Positions 23,420-36,350 of a stretch of 64,000 nt of DNA are shown here, piece after piece. This DNA comes from Eledone cirrhosa. Its lineage: Eukaryota. The position numbers were made by a program, and so were the translations under genes. Location of the stretch: assembly GCA_964016885.1 (NCBI GenBank), contig OZ024741.1:237150001-237214000 (forward strand), given 5' to 3'. Numbering within the stretch: the first letter of the stretch is position 1; each line of letters starts with the position of its first letter. The notes beneath the pieces are model-generated. The model worked only from the letters and a program-made list of their open reading frames with translations, was not told the DNA's origin and did not search any database.

Positions 23420-25183
23420 ATGTTCAGAGTTTGAGTTTTTGCCTGAAAGATCTTTGACAACCTTCCAAGCAAGATGATGGTGTTTGCTGATGTGATGTTG
23501 CGATAGCTGATCAATCCTGCCTGAGATATAGTCGGCTTCAGCCTTAAGAATCAAAGGAGGCTCTGCCAAAAAACGTCTTGAAAATTGGTCTGCTCATTTT
23601 AAAAACCTTCTAGGGAAAAAGGCCAGACTCCCTGATAACTATCAATTGCCATCCGTTCAGGTTTCAGAGCCTTTAGGAATCAACACCTCTCCTTTCACCA
23701 TGCCTGAGCTCAAAGAAGCCATCAAACAGCTCAAAGCCTCAAAAGCCTTTGGGCCGGGTAATATACCTACCCTGATTTGGAAGGATGAGCATTTCCACAT
23801 CCTTTTGCTCAACTTATGTAACCATGCTTTCGAGACCAATAAACCACCTAGCGTCTGGCATGCAGCTCAAATTATCCCCATGCCCAAAAAAGGAGATCTT
23901 TCTTTAGCCACCAACTATAGAGGAATTTCTCTCATGGCAATTGCTGCAAAAATATACAACAAGCTTCTTCTTAACCGCTTAATCCCATTTCTTGAGCCAA
24001 TCCTTCATAACAACCAGAATGGATTTAGGAGAGGTAGATCAACACTTAGCCAGATTCTCTGCCTTCGCCGACTTATAGTCCCAAAACCGCAATCTAGACC
24101 TTGCACTCATCTTTGTTGATTTTTCAAAAGCCTTCGACTCAGTTGACAGGTCGGGGATGTTTGAAATTCTACAACTCTATGGGATTCCTGATAAAATCAT
24201 CGCGGTCATACGTGTAATGTATACAGATACCAAATCAACTGTCCTGACCCCAGATGGGGAAACACCACCTTTCTCAATCCTCGCTGGAATTTTACAGGGC
24301 GATACCCTTGCTCCGTATCTATTTATCATTGTTGTGGATTATGTTTTGCGCATGTCTGTGGATAGGATTCAGGATAGGGGATACCAACTACAGCCTAGGA
24401 GAAGCTCACGCTACCCAGCAAATTACTTGACCGACACCGACTTTGCTGATGACATCGCATTGATCAGTCGGTCGCTGAAAAATGCTGAGAGTCTTTTGAA
24501 GTCATTAGAGCAAGCGTCCAACTGTGTTGGACTGTACCTCAATGAATCCAAGACTGAGTATGTGAACAGATGCGCAAACAGCCCAAATTACCCCATCAGA
24601 ACCCTTAATGGTACCACCCTTAAGCAGGTGGAAGATTACAAAAAAGATTTTCTAACCAGGAAGGGTATGGCATGGTCAGCATGCAATGACATGCACGCCA
24701 TATGGAGATCTCAACTTACCAACAAGCTAAAACTGGAAATATTCCAAGCAACCATTAAGCCCATATTACTTTATGGATCTGAAACTTGGACACTAACATC
24801 ACAACTTGAGAGGAGATTGGATGGCACATATACCCGCCTCTTAATGAGAGTGCAAAACCTATCCTGGAAACGACATCCCACCTTGTCTAAAATCTATGGC
24901 AAACTCCCTCGAGCCTCTGCCCTTCTAAAATCCCGGAGAGCCCAATTTGCTGGCCACTGTCACCGTGCCAGCAATGAAATCATATCCGCTCTCTTGCTCT
25001 GGAACCCTGACTCCAGCCTGACTAGGAGTAGGAAGCTGTCATTCCCTGACGTTATCTCTAGGGATACGGGAATCAGCAGACAGGACCTGGGGGCAGCGAT
25101 GGGGGACAGGGAATTCTGGGGCATGAGAGTGAGATCCATCATCTCGACAGTAGTCGACGAATGATGATGATGAGGATGTTCAG
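23420..25183 (+). mobile_element. RTE-clade LINE, 5'-truncated, with inverted 5' segment and TSD
   Basis: RT motifs PKKGDLS..NYRGISL, QNGFRRGRST, GILQGDTLAPYLF, DFADD and LLYGSETW; (GAT)n tail. ATGTTCAG is duplicated at 23420 and 25176. One frameshift lies near 24075. Confidence 0.92.
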
Positions 25184-25544
25184 TGTAGTCAATGACAGAC
25201 AACATTCTTAGTGCTGGTGCCATGATAAAATACACCCAGTAAAGTAGTTGGTGTTGAGAAGGGCATCAATCCATAGAAAACTTGACAATCAAAGGGCAGA
25301 GAGCACTTTTCAGTTATGTCAAGGACATGGTGTCCTTCTCTACTGCTGTTGCCATGATAAAATGCACTGCACATTCTGTAGAGCGCTGGAATATATCTAA
25401 GTGAGATGAGGTCCTTGTCCATCCAATTGCTTTTATTAAGTATTGACATGGTCTATGATGACCTGTCCAACCCTTGCTAGCAGGGAAAACATGTTAAATA
25501 AATCTGCTAGTCATGATGATGTAAACACACACATATATATACAG

Positions 25545-25588
<44 letters not shown>

Positions 25589-26244
25589 GCCTACATATAC
25601 ATCCATACATACACATATATAAAAATGTATACATATAAGTACACTCAATACATAAAGTATAGTTAACATATTTATCTAGCTATTTATTAAAATTAAATAT
25701 CTGTGGAGCCATTAATTTCACATTCATGGACTGTAACTCTTTTAGTACAAGAGTCATTAACCAAAGTATGTCAAGAAGCGAGGGTCATTAATCAACAATT
25801 TACTGAAATTATGCCAAAAGACAGGTTATTTATATTACAATTTGTTGAAAGTATTCTGAGAGGAGACAAAGTATAAAAATTCAATTTAAAAATCTTTTAA
25901 TTTTCATGATACTTTTGCAGCCAGCGTGACACGCTTATTTATTAGTGTACCTAAAAGGTTGTGTGTATGTGTTTGTACATGTGTGGTTGATTATATACGT
26001 TTGTGTGTATATTTATGTGTAATTGTTCACTGGTGTTTATGTGCTTGCATGTGTGTCTTTATGTGCGCTTGCTTACATGTGTGTGCATGCCTATGATTGC
26101 GTTATGTATGAATAATAGCTTCGACATTTTGGAATAATATAATAAATTAATAATAGTATAAACATTTTCTGAATTTGTTAGATTTTGTTTTCAGTCTTTC
26201 AAATATTTCGTTTGCTTACCCTAGCATTTCTTTCATGATATACC

Positions 26245-26990
26245 ACTGGTGTGTATGTGTGTATGAGTATTTTTACATATACTTGCTTGTTTCATGTATG
26301 TTTGTGTGTGTGAGTGTGTGTGTATGAGTATATCTATGTATACTTATTTGCATGTATTAATGTGCATAAGAGTATTTCTAAGCATGTTTGTGTGTGAGTA
26401 TTTCTGCGTATACTTGCTTGCATGTATATATGTGTGAGTATAAGTATTTCTATGTATGCTTGCTTGCATGTATGTGTGTGTATGAGTATTTCTAGTATTT
26501 TTTACATATAGTTGCTTGCATGTATATGTATGTGTGTTTGTAGATGAACATTTCTATATATGCTTGCTTTCATGCATGAGTGTGTGTATGAATATTTCTA
26601 CACATGTTTGCTTGCACCTATGTGTGTGTGAGTATGTGTATTTCTAAGTATGCTTGCTTGCATGCATTAATCTGTGTGTGTGTGTGTATTTCTATGCATA
26701 CTGGCTTGCATGTATGTGTGTATCAGTATTTCTACATGTTTACTTGCATCTATAAATGTATTATTGTATGTGTGTGTGTATGAGTATTTCTACATATGTT
26801 TACTTACATGTATTAGTGAGAGTATTTCTATGTATGCTTGTTTGTATGTATTAATGTGTGTGTGTGTGTGTATGTGTATGTGAGTATTTCTATGCATGTA
26901 TGTGTGTATGTATGAGTATTTTTACATGTTTGCTTGCATATATGAGTGTGTGTATGTATGAATGAGTATTTTTATGCATGCTAGCTTGTA
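26245..26990 (+). repeat. About 40-bp degenerate minisatellite (GAGTATTTCTATGTATGCTTGCTTGCATGTATGTGTGTGTAT)
   Basis: GAGTATTT(C/T)TA and GCTTGCATG recur throughout; located downstream of the minus-strand zinc-finger gene. Confidence 0.8.
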
Positions 26991-27629
26991 TATATATATA
27001 TATGTGTGTGCTCTTTTCATACGTGTGTAATTACTGGTTGGAGGGGAAAAAGAAAATAATACAAACACTGAAACAATAAATAGAACACTTTCTACATGAT
27101 AGATGTGTTGACAGACATGAACTGATGTGAAACACACACAACTACATTATAAACATACAATGGCCACAGAGTCAAACAATATTTACACAAATATTTCTTT
27201 ATATATTTTTTTTGGTATATTTTTTAAGCCTCTTTTTCTGTAATTTTCTTTCTATTTTGGCAGTCTTCATCATCATTGCTGAACTTTACAGAGTTTTGTA
27301 TTATATTTCCACCTACAGAGCTAAGTAACAATACAGGTACAGTCAGTCTCACGCACAAACACCAACTAAACATCTTGACTTTCCATCATATACAGACAGA
27401 CATTCCACATTTACTCAGTCTACAATGTGTTCACACTCACAACTACAACATCAAACATTTTCTTTCTATTTCAAAGTTGGTCAGGGTTATTTATTTTTTT
27501 TTTTTTTGTTGTGGTTTTTAAATAGTTTTGAAGAATTTTCAAAATAAATTAATGTTTATTGTAAAACATGAAGGTTCTGTCATTTTAATTTTATGTCTTA
27601 TTTTATTATTTATGAATCAACCTATGTTT

Positions 27630-29660
27630 TTATTTTGTATTTAACATATAATCATTGCTAGGTTTCATAGTGCCATGTATACTCTGGAAATTAGAACCAA
27701 TATTCTGTTTGCTGTTGTGTTTGAGGCTGGTGGAGAATGCACTTGGCATATTGTTCCAGCCGGGGTTTAACATGTGAGGCATGGCAAAACCTCTTGACCA
27801 GAGGTAGTTGTTCTCCCATGTCTGTGGCATCTCCTCCAAGTAGAACGAGTTTATCCGAGAGGGAGCAGAAGGTGTTGTTAAATTCGGTATCTGTAGTCTG
27901 GTGAGTGAATTGACTGCAGTCTGCTGGTGCGGAGACTCTGAGGGGTGGTGTTGTTGGAGATGAGTCTGTTGGTGAAGGTTACTGTTATGATGGCTGATGC
28001 TAGATGTTAGGGTACTGTTGTTGCTGCTATGTGGATGATGGGGGTGATGGGGACTATTGTAATCTATGGGATTGTCATTGCTGTGGTGGTCACTACTGTT
28101 ATGACTGCTCACACCAGTCTTTAATCCAGACTTCATGAGGCTGCCAGATGTTTGTGGCAAGTGCTGTTGATGGCTTTTGGTATGGGTGCTGCTGTTGAAA
28201 GCTGACGAAGGGGATGATAATGGTAGAGATGGCACAGGTGATTTCAGTGTGTTCATTTTAGCACTGACTGAGGGAGATGACATGGGAGACATCGAAGGAG
28301 AGACAATAGGGGAGACAGAGGTGGAGGAAGGTGCAGAAGCATGGTGTGAGCCAGCTGCAGAGGACGAATTTGAAGGATTTTTTATAAAGAGCTCACAGCC
28401 TGTTCTGGTCCGCTTGTGGTTATTTAAGTTAGCTTTCTGTGAGAAACATTTGCCACACCTGTCGCATGAGAATGGTTTCTCACCAGTGTGTGTTCTTAGA
28501 TGTGTTCGAAGGTTACATTGTTGACTGAACACCTTTGAGCATATCGTACAATAGAAAGGTTTCTCTCCTGTATGAACACGTTCGTGGTTACGTAGGTTAA
28601 TCTGTTGGCTGAATGCCTTTGGGCACATTGAACACTTATACATCTCCCCCGTGTGGATACGTTCATGGATTTTAAGAAAGAATGCATTACAAAATGCTTT
28701 CTTACAGTACTGACAGTAGAACATGTCTCCGGTGTGTATACGTTTATGGTCAATGAGATTTACTCTTTGGCTGAAAGCTTTGCCACAGACATCGCATACA
28801 AACGGCTTTTCTCCTGTGTGTGTCCTTAGGTGAAGTTTTAGGTTTCCCTTCTGACTAAATGCTTTACCACATGTTGTACAAGCGAAGGGTTTCTCACCAG
28901 TGTGTGTTCTCTCATGGTTACGTAGATTGATCTGCTGGCTGAATGCTTTTGGACAAAAGGCACACTGAAATGGCTTCTCTCCAGTATGTACACGCTCATG
29001 AATTTTTAGGAAAAATGCATTTGTAAAGGGTTTTTTACAGAAGGTGCAATAAAACATATCTCCTGTGTGAATACGGCGATGATCATCCAGATTGACTTTT
29101 TGGTAAAATGCTTTGCCGCATATCTCACAGGCATACGGGCGGTCTCCAGTATGTGTTCTTAGATGCAATTTTAGGTTACCTTTCTGGCTAAATGCTTTGC
29201 CACAGACTGAACAACTAAATGGTTTCTCTCCTGAATGAACCCGTTCATGGTTGCGGAGGTTGACTTGCTGGCTAAACGCTTTTGGACAGGTGGAACATCT
29301 AAAAGGCTTCTCACCAGTGTGCACACGTTCATGAATCTTTAGAAAGAAAGAATTGGAGAATCCTTTTTTGCAAACAGAACACTGGACATCTTTTGGGGCT
29401 AAGATTCGCTCATGGCCAATATTGCCATTACTCTCAATGTTGTTGTTGCTGTTGTTGTTATTGTTGTTGTTGTTATTGTTGCTGCTGTTTAAACCTGGTA
29501 CAAAACCCTTTGTATCACAACACAGTTCATTTTTATAGCTTTTTTCATCAAGAAAGCCTAGCTTCTCCGGACACTTCAGGTGGTCAGGTTGATAAAATGG
29601 CTGACCATAGATATTTGGTTGGTTCCCAATTGGAGGGAAAATTGGTTGCATGGAATACAT
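27630..29660 (-). CDS. C2H2 zinc-finger protein, 676 aa, 12 fingers (3 x 4-finger module), polyN N-terminus, S/H/P-rich C-terminus
   Basis: Uninterrupted ORF with 12 CxxC..H fingers and TGEKP/TGDM linkers. The last finger ends HKRTRTGC, lacking the second His. Confidence 0.95.
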   Translation of the reverse strand: MYSMQPIFPPIGNQPNIYGQPFYQPDHLKCPEKLGFLDEKSYKNELCCDTKGFVPGLNSSNNNNNNNNNNSNNNIESNGNIGHERILAPKDVQCSVCKKGFSNSFFLKIHERVHTGEKPFRCSTCPKAFSQQVNLRNHERVHSGEKPFSCSVCGKAFSQKGNLKLHLRTHTGDRPYACEICGKAFYQKVNLDDHRRIHTGDMFYCTFCKKPFTNAFFLKIHERVHTGEKPFQCAFCPKAFSQQINLRNHERTHTGEKPFACTTCGKAFSQKGNLKLHLRTHTGEKPFVCDVCGKAFSQRVNLIDHKRIHTGDMFYCQYCKKAFCNAFFLKIHERIHTGEMYKCSMCPKAFSQQINLRNHERVHTGEKPFYCTICSKVFSQQCNLRTHLRTHTGEKPFSCDRCGKCFSQKANLNNHKRTRTGCELFIKNPSNSSSAAGSHHASAPSSTSVSPIVSPSMSPMSSPSVSAKMNTLKSPVPSLPLSSPSSAFNSSTHTKSHQQHLPQTSGSLMKSGLKTGVSSHNSSDHHSNDNPIDYNSPHHPHHPHSSNNSTLTSSISHHNSNLHQQTHLQQHHPSESPHQQTAVNSLTRLQIPNLTTPSAPSRINSFYLEEMPQTWENNYLWSRGFAMPHMLNPGWNNMPSAFSTSLKHNSKQNIGSNFQSIHGTMKPSNDYMLNTK

Positions 29661-29889
29661 TCTCTTCTTTAGGTCAATTTATTCCAGAAACATTATTTTT
29701 ACCATCATCTTTGATATATATATATATAGTGAGATATATATATATATATACATAAATATGTCTTGTTATTTACTTGACACCGGGTGAAACAGCTCAATGG
29801 AGGAGGAGAAGAGCTTTCAGTTTCAAATAACAAGGTCTATGTTTCAAATCAGAGAATCTTTCTAAACATGGGGACAGTAAAAGAAGTTG

Positions 29890-30480
29890 TATGTTAACTA
29901 CAGTGGTATAGAGCCAGGGGTTGTTTAACTCAGGTTGTTTAGCTCAGCCAGAATTTGAGAGGTACAGAGTTCAGTGGTATAGAGATGTTAGCTACAGTAG
30001 TATAGAGGTGTTAACTGCAGTAGTAAGGCAGTTTTAATTACAGTGATATAGAAATATTAAATGCAGCAGTACAGAGATATTAAATGCAGAAGTATAGCAG
30101 TGTTAACTACAGTGGTATAGAAGCGTTAACTGCAGTGGTATAGAAGTGTTAACTGCAGTGGTATGGGGAAATTAAATGCAGTGGTATAGAGGTGTTAACT
30201 GCAGTGGTACAGAGATATTAAATGCAGTGGTATATAAGTGTAAGCTACAGTGGTATAGAAGTGTTAACTGCAGTGGTAAAGAGGTGTTAACTGCAGTGAC
30301 ATAGAGGTGTTAACTGCAGTAGTAAAGAGATGTTAACTACAATAGTATAGAGGTGTTAATTGCAGTGGTATAGAAGTGTTAACTGTAGTGGTATAAAGGT
30401 ATTAATTGCAGTGGTTCAGGTGTTAATTGCTGTGGTGCAGAGGTCTCAACTGCAGTCATACAAGATGTTAACTACAGCAA
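29890..30480. repeat. 23-bp minisatellite (AGTGGTATAGAGGTGTTAACTGC) upstream of the minus-strand zinc-finger CDS
   Basis: 23-bp period (AGTGG at 30111 and 30134), more than 20 units, each typically with GTTAAC and CTGCAG palindromes. Confidence 0.9.
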
Positions 30481-31298
30481 TATTAATACAGGTGAAGTAA
30501 TTGTAGTGGTGTTGTCCTGATGGTATTGTAGAAAATCCTGGTGGTATTGTGTGGAATATTCTGATGATCTCACATGGAATATGTTGATATTATCATGAGG
30601 GTATATATATGGTATTGAATGGGATATTCCAGTAACCATACATCAACAAAAAGACAAGTATAGGACCTGATAATTTTGATCAAGTTATACTTATGATGAC
30701 GACGATGACGAGGATAACGTCAATGATGATAATGATGATGATGATGATGATGATGATGAATGTATGATATTGCTATTAATCACTACATTTTACTTCTTAC
30801 AGCTTGGAAGGTAAAACAAACAAACAAACATGGCGGTAACTGAGAAAAGCAGCCATGTTGTTTTTTCCAGATTTCTCACTCAAAACACTTCTATCTGACT
30901 TGAAGTTTTCAATAAATTCTGCTTTTGCACATGGTGCAAAACCCAGTTTGTGTATGTGGAGCAAGCAGGATACAGTTCACTGTACAGTCTCCAGCTCATT
31001 GCTGCTCTCTTATCACATCGACCTTGAATATTTTATATTCAATAAAGTAATGGACGATATCTTCTAAATAATCCTTAAAGACTAAACATGTGAGGTTTCT
31101 TATCAAGGCAGGGTGAGGCCAAATATTTTGCTCAAAAATGGTTTCTTGGAAATATTGGTTTTTTAGTGCTGAGAAGATTTTCTTCGGAATTTTTCATGAC
31201 ATTTCTCAGTATCTGAAAGTGTGTGGTTGACTATTTTTCAAATGTTTCTTAATGATCGGAGAATGTCTGCGTGGGGAAGTTGGTGAGGGTGAAACATT

Positions 31299-31325
31299 TC
31301 TGAAAACAAAGAAAAGTACAATTGA
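31299..31325 (-). promoter_or_regulatory. Candidate splice acceptor for the minus-strand zinc-finger gene
   Basis: Minus strand reads TTGTACTTTTCTTTGTTTTCAG/AAATG, which would give a leader of about 1.6 kb in the coding exon. Confidence 0.35.
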
Positions 31326-31429
31326 ATATTAGGAACAGGGTAAATCAATTTAATAATAATAATAATTACACAAAACATGTGTCTGAGAGTAATGGAGCTG
31401 TTTACACAAACATGTGCCTGAGAGTCACA

Positions 31430-32060
31430 AGCCAATGCTTAAGGCTGTATTGAAGGAGGAGATAATAGACCAGAGGACATCCAAGAAAGAAGTAACAATA
31501 AAGAGGAAGAACAAACTGAATGAAAAGGTCCTTCATAGCACCTTTTTGAAGAAAATATAATTCAGAGATTCACTGATATGGAGCTGGTTAAAGAAAGGGG
31601 ACTTTAAGAAAGCTACAGAGGGAATGCTATTGGCTTCACATGAGCAAGCCCTCAGAACGAAGTGGATGAAACACCATATTGACAAGGATGAGGCTAGCCT
31701 CATGTGGAGAGAGAGAGGAAACTGTGGTTCACATCATATCTGAGTGTAAAGACTTAGCCCAGGCTTACTTTAAAGGATGGAAGCATGATATCATAGGAAA
31801 AGTGATTCACTGGTATTTATGCAAACTGAACAAATTACCTCATTCTGAGAAATGGTATGGCTAGAGTTGGTGATAAAAAAGGATCGGGTGAAGGTGCTGT
31901 GGGATTTCAGGATACACACGGACAAAGATATAGAACACAATAGGCATGACCTGGTGGTTTTTGACAAGGAAAAAAGATGTTGCTTGATTATAGATGTAGC
32001 TTGCCCCTTTGACACAAGAGTGCAAGAAAAGGAGGAGAAAATTAACTGGGAACAGCAAGG
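31430..32060 (+). mobile_element. R4/Dong-like non-LTR retrotransposon 3' remnant with restriction-like endonuclease
   Basis: CGEREETVVHIISEC (CCHC knuckle), KHDIIGKVIHW, VLWDFRIHTDKDIEHNRHDLVVFDK...IIDVACPFD. Confidence 0.85.
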
Positions 32061-32229
32061 ATCCTCCAATACATCCTGAATATCTGAGGCTGATGTTCAT
32101 TAGGGCAAATTTTCTGGTTAAATAACATCAGTGACTGAGATATCAAAGTAATAATAATAATAAAAAGCACAAGAAAACAATAAATACAAAACAGAAACAA
32201 ACTATGTTGAAACAATAACAACCAAAATG

Positions 32230-33340
32230 ATTAAAAAAACAAAGCTTTCTAAAAAAAGAAATGGAGTGAGAAACCACACCATGGTCAATACTTCAAGGCT
32301 GAACAGAGGAATAAGCCAAAGTGAAAGTCAACAATGCCTCAGAAGTTCCGGACTAAAAGCAAAAACAGAAAGACTGACGCTCACTGCACAAGACCTATGT
32401 TTGGCCATGAGAAAAAATAAACTGCAAGAAAAAATAATCAAAATCGGTTCTAACACCAAATGCAGTTTGTGCAACTAGCACAGTTTGACAGTTGATCATA
32501 TCATCTCTGGTTGCCCAGTTCTTGAATATATACAAAGACATGATTGAGTTGGCAGCTATATTCACTGGACAACATGCCAATAATTTGATGTGAAAAAGAC
32601 AAGAAATTATATAAACATGTACCAAGCATGGTACATGACAACAACCAGGCCATAATCATCGGAAATATGCCAGCCTAAATTGATAAAGAAATTAAGGCAA
32701 ATCGTCCAGACTTAATAATCAAGAACTGGAAAAAAAACAAAAAAAAAACAGGCACACTGATAGATATTGGAGTACCTTCTGGTCAAAATATTACCTAAAA
32801 AGAAATGTAAAAACTGTCAAAATACAAGGATCTTGAAATTGAAATATACAAGATGTGGGAGCATGAAATAGTGCTAATAATAATAGGAACACTAGGTATG
32901 ATAAACATAGAGTCATACCAGGGCTCACAACACTACATACAATCCAAGAAATAGATTTGATAGGAACAGCCCACATCCTGCATATGACTTAACAATCCAA
33001 TAGCACAGCTCAAATAGAACTATCTTCACACACAATATACACCCTATACAATAAACACCTAATAAAATAAAACAACACAACTCACACAACATATACTGAA
33101 TAAGATCAATATTCAGTAAAATAACACAACTCATATTACACACACAGCTGAACAACAACATAACAAGAAACAAGCAAAACACAAGACTGACACAGCATAC
33201 TAACAGGAGGAGTCTATACTTCCCTCCCCCATGTCCATAAAAATAAGAGCACACAATGTTGCACATACTTCAGGAACGCAGCAGAGGTGCAAAAGGTGAT
33301 GCAGTAGAAACCCACATGAAACTACAGAATAAATAATACT
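32230..33340 (+). mobile_element. Second R4/Dong-like RLE LINE remnant with 3' UTR
   Basis: LRSSGLKAKTE..TAQD, KCSLC...VDHIISGCP, KANRPDLIIK..LIDIGVP, KYKDLEIEI; ends in an AATAAT-rich tail. Confidence 0.8.
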
Positions 33341-33344
33341 AATA

Positions 33345-33510
33345 GTGGTTTCTAATTTAGGCAAAAGGCCAGAAATTCATGGGGAGGAAAATGTTGATTA
33401 TATTGATTTCCAGTATTTTACTAGTACTTTATTTAATCAACCTTGGAAGTATATTAAAGGTAAAGTTGGCCTCGGCAGGATTTGAACACAGAATGTAAAG
33501 GGCTGCAAGA
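33345..33510 (-). mobile_element. SINE family B, diverged
   Basis: GGTTTCTAATTTAGGCAAAAGGCCAG...TACTTTATTT...CTCGGCAGGATTTGAAC. Confidence 0.65.
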
Positions 33511-36023
33511 AAAACACACACAGATACAAAACTAATAGATGTGGACAGAAAGACATTATATATATATACCATCATCATCATTTAACATCCACTTTCTGGC
33601 ACAGTGAGTCAGTACTGAAGCAGGGCTACTGACCTCTCAGACAAGCTGAGGTTCACAGGTCATTGAAATAGGCTTCCACATTTTATTGAGGGACCAGTAC
33701 TAGAGAAGTTGTCATGTCTTTGACACAACTGAAGGGTTCTCCCAACCCTTTGTCTGGCAAACTTTCTATGGCTGGATGCTCTTCCTATCATGAACCACTT
33801 TACAGTGTACTGGATGAGTTTATTGAGTAGATCACCAACACTAGGGAAGTTGTTATGACCTGATGGATCCTCCCAACCCTTTGTTTAGCAAGCTTGAGGA
33901 GAGAGGGAAAGAGAGATAGACAGGTAGAAAAAAATAGATTGATATAGTTATTTTGTGATATGCTTATGACAATTTCAATGTGGAAACATTTATATAGAGT
34001 TGAATTTCATCCACGATACATAGTGGGATGTTTTTGTTATTTATTTATGGCTTAGTCATGGAAGGAAAGGCTGCACCCATAATTCTTTATTTTCTCAGGG
34101 TTCTCAAGACTGGTAGGGAGAAGGGAGGAAGTTATCTTTAAACCAGGCACATAGATTGAATGTTTCCAAAAGAATGGGCTCCACTAAAGGCATCAAAGGA
34201 CCATGTGGTAGTGTTAAATCAGTCAAGAGCCAGAGTAAATACTGCAAGGATTCTTGTCTGACATCCGAACAATAAACAATACAGCCAGTCCATCATACTG
34301 GACTGGTACTTTATTTTATTGACCTCAAAATAATCAAAGGAAAAGTTGACCTAAGTGGAATTAGAAGCTAATCTCGGCAGCAGAATTGCAAAAGTTAAAA
34401 TCTTTATGATATATTTTGGTAATTGCAAAGGCAGAAAATTGGCAGTCATTAGAACATTGGATAGAATGCTTTGTGATATTCATTCTAGCTCTCTGTGCTG
34501 TTGAGGTTGATAAATAAAGTTGTTCCAGTCCAATATTGGGGTTGATTTTTTTTCTCTTTATCTCTTTCTCACACATTTGCACACATACATATATTTACAC
34601 ATACACCTTAGTATACTGAAGTTCCTTCATTGTGACTATGGTAATTGATTGTAATTAACACTGACCAGTTAGACCACTGGTTCAAGAACATTTCCCCCCA
34701 CCCCATTCATTGCAATGTTCTCATTTTGTAAAGTCTATGACCAACAAACTAAGAATGTTAATGAATGCCTCCAATTAAAGCCATTGTACTACAGCTGACA
34801 TGATACAACCCCACCCCACACACACACACACCACCCGACACAGAACCAACAAGAGACCCTGTATGTGATTGTCCACCCTGCTAGAAATAGCAGCAAAATC
34901 TTCCTCTAAATACACTGTAATGTGTTAGATAAGGTTCCAATGTATAATGTGGTTCAAAATGCAGAACCTAGAGAAAAGTTGTAACGGTCAAGGATAGAAT
35001 ACATTTAGCCAGGGGCTAAACAACAACACCCAACACAGACATGGTCTCAACAGATTATTAAGTCCTCCAATGGTTTGCTTAAGGGTTCCATTCTTAGTGT
35101 AATTATTAAAGACATAAGTATACTGGATGAAGTGCCCCCCCCCCCCCCCCCCCCCAGTAGTCATTTCTATATGAAATAAATTCCTACCTTCTTTACTAAT
35201 GTTTTGAGTACCTTATTTAACTGGGGGTTTTTTATGTTTCCTTTTGGAAAATCATTCTTAATTATATAAATATATATATATATATATACAAATACACACA
35301 CATAGAGAGAAAGAGAAATTGGATGTTCACAGAAAAATTAAGAGTACTCAATATACATTTTAAGAGGCAGACTGGTTGTATTTATTGTGAGCCAAACCAA
35401 ACAGAGAACACAATATAGACATGACAACCTCCCTAGTGTAGGTGATAAGAAGAGCATCCAGCTGTAGAAAATCTGCCAAACAAAGAGGTGAGAAGACATT
35501 TAGGCTATACCAAAACATGACAACTTCCCAAGTGTTGATGTCACAATAAAATGCACTTGGTAGAATGTGGGATTGTAGGTCAGGCTCTTGGCCCATCTGA
35601 AAGACAGAGGCTCTGCTTGAGTGCTGGCTGGTCTATGACAACATTCCCAAACCTAGCTGGTAAGGAAAAGAGACCTTAAATAACGATGATGATATTTCAA
35701 ACACTTCTTTAACCATTTCACAACAATATTTCTAATGAAATACACTGTATTTCAATTAATAAAGCATCTGGAGAGATTTATCAAATTATTATTTCATTAT
35801 TAAGATGGTATTTGTAACATAACTTAACAAAAGGTTTTTAAGTGAAATTACGTTGAAGGATTTTTAAATAGGAGCCCTTTAAAATGTGTGGTTTTGTTTC
35901 ATAGAACCAGATGTGTAGACCATAACAACCCATCCAATCCATGCCAGCAAAATATGTAAAATGATGTAATTTATTGCTAGGTAGAGTTATGTAAGGAGAC
36001 ACTTATATATATATATATATATA

Positions 36024-36350
36024 TGGTTAGAGCATTGGCCTTGCAATCGAAAGGTTGTGAGTTCAATTCTCAGACCGGGTGATGTGTTGTTTCCTTGAGC
36101 AAGACACTTTATTTAAGATTGCTCCAGTTTACTCAGCTGTAGAAATAAGATGATAGGGGCTGGGGTCCATATCATTCCACTGCAAAGTGGTCGTGGAGGT
36201 ACCACGGCAAAAAAGCACCCAGCACTCACTGTAAATGAGGTTGGTGTTAGGAAGGGCATCCAGCTGTAGAAATCAAGCCAGAATCAGTTCCCGTCCCACC
36301 CTTGCTAGCAGGGAAAAGCAGACGTAAAATGAAATGATGAAATGATGATG
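36024..36350 (+). mobile_element. SINE family A inserted in (TA)n
   Basis: Near-identical to the 19462 copy; (TA)n on both sides. Confidence 0.9.

Noticed and set aside
29890-30480. CRISPR-like array
   Set aside because: Head-to-tail 23-bp units without unique spacers, no cas genes, and a eukaryotic context.
30787-30816. Possible 8-nt plus-strand microexon (TTCTTACAG/CTTGGAAG/GTAAAA)
   Set aside because: No plus-strand host gene is evident and such a match can occur by chance.
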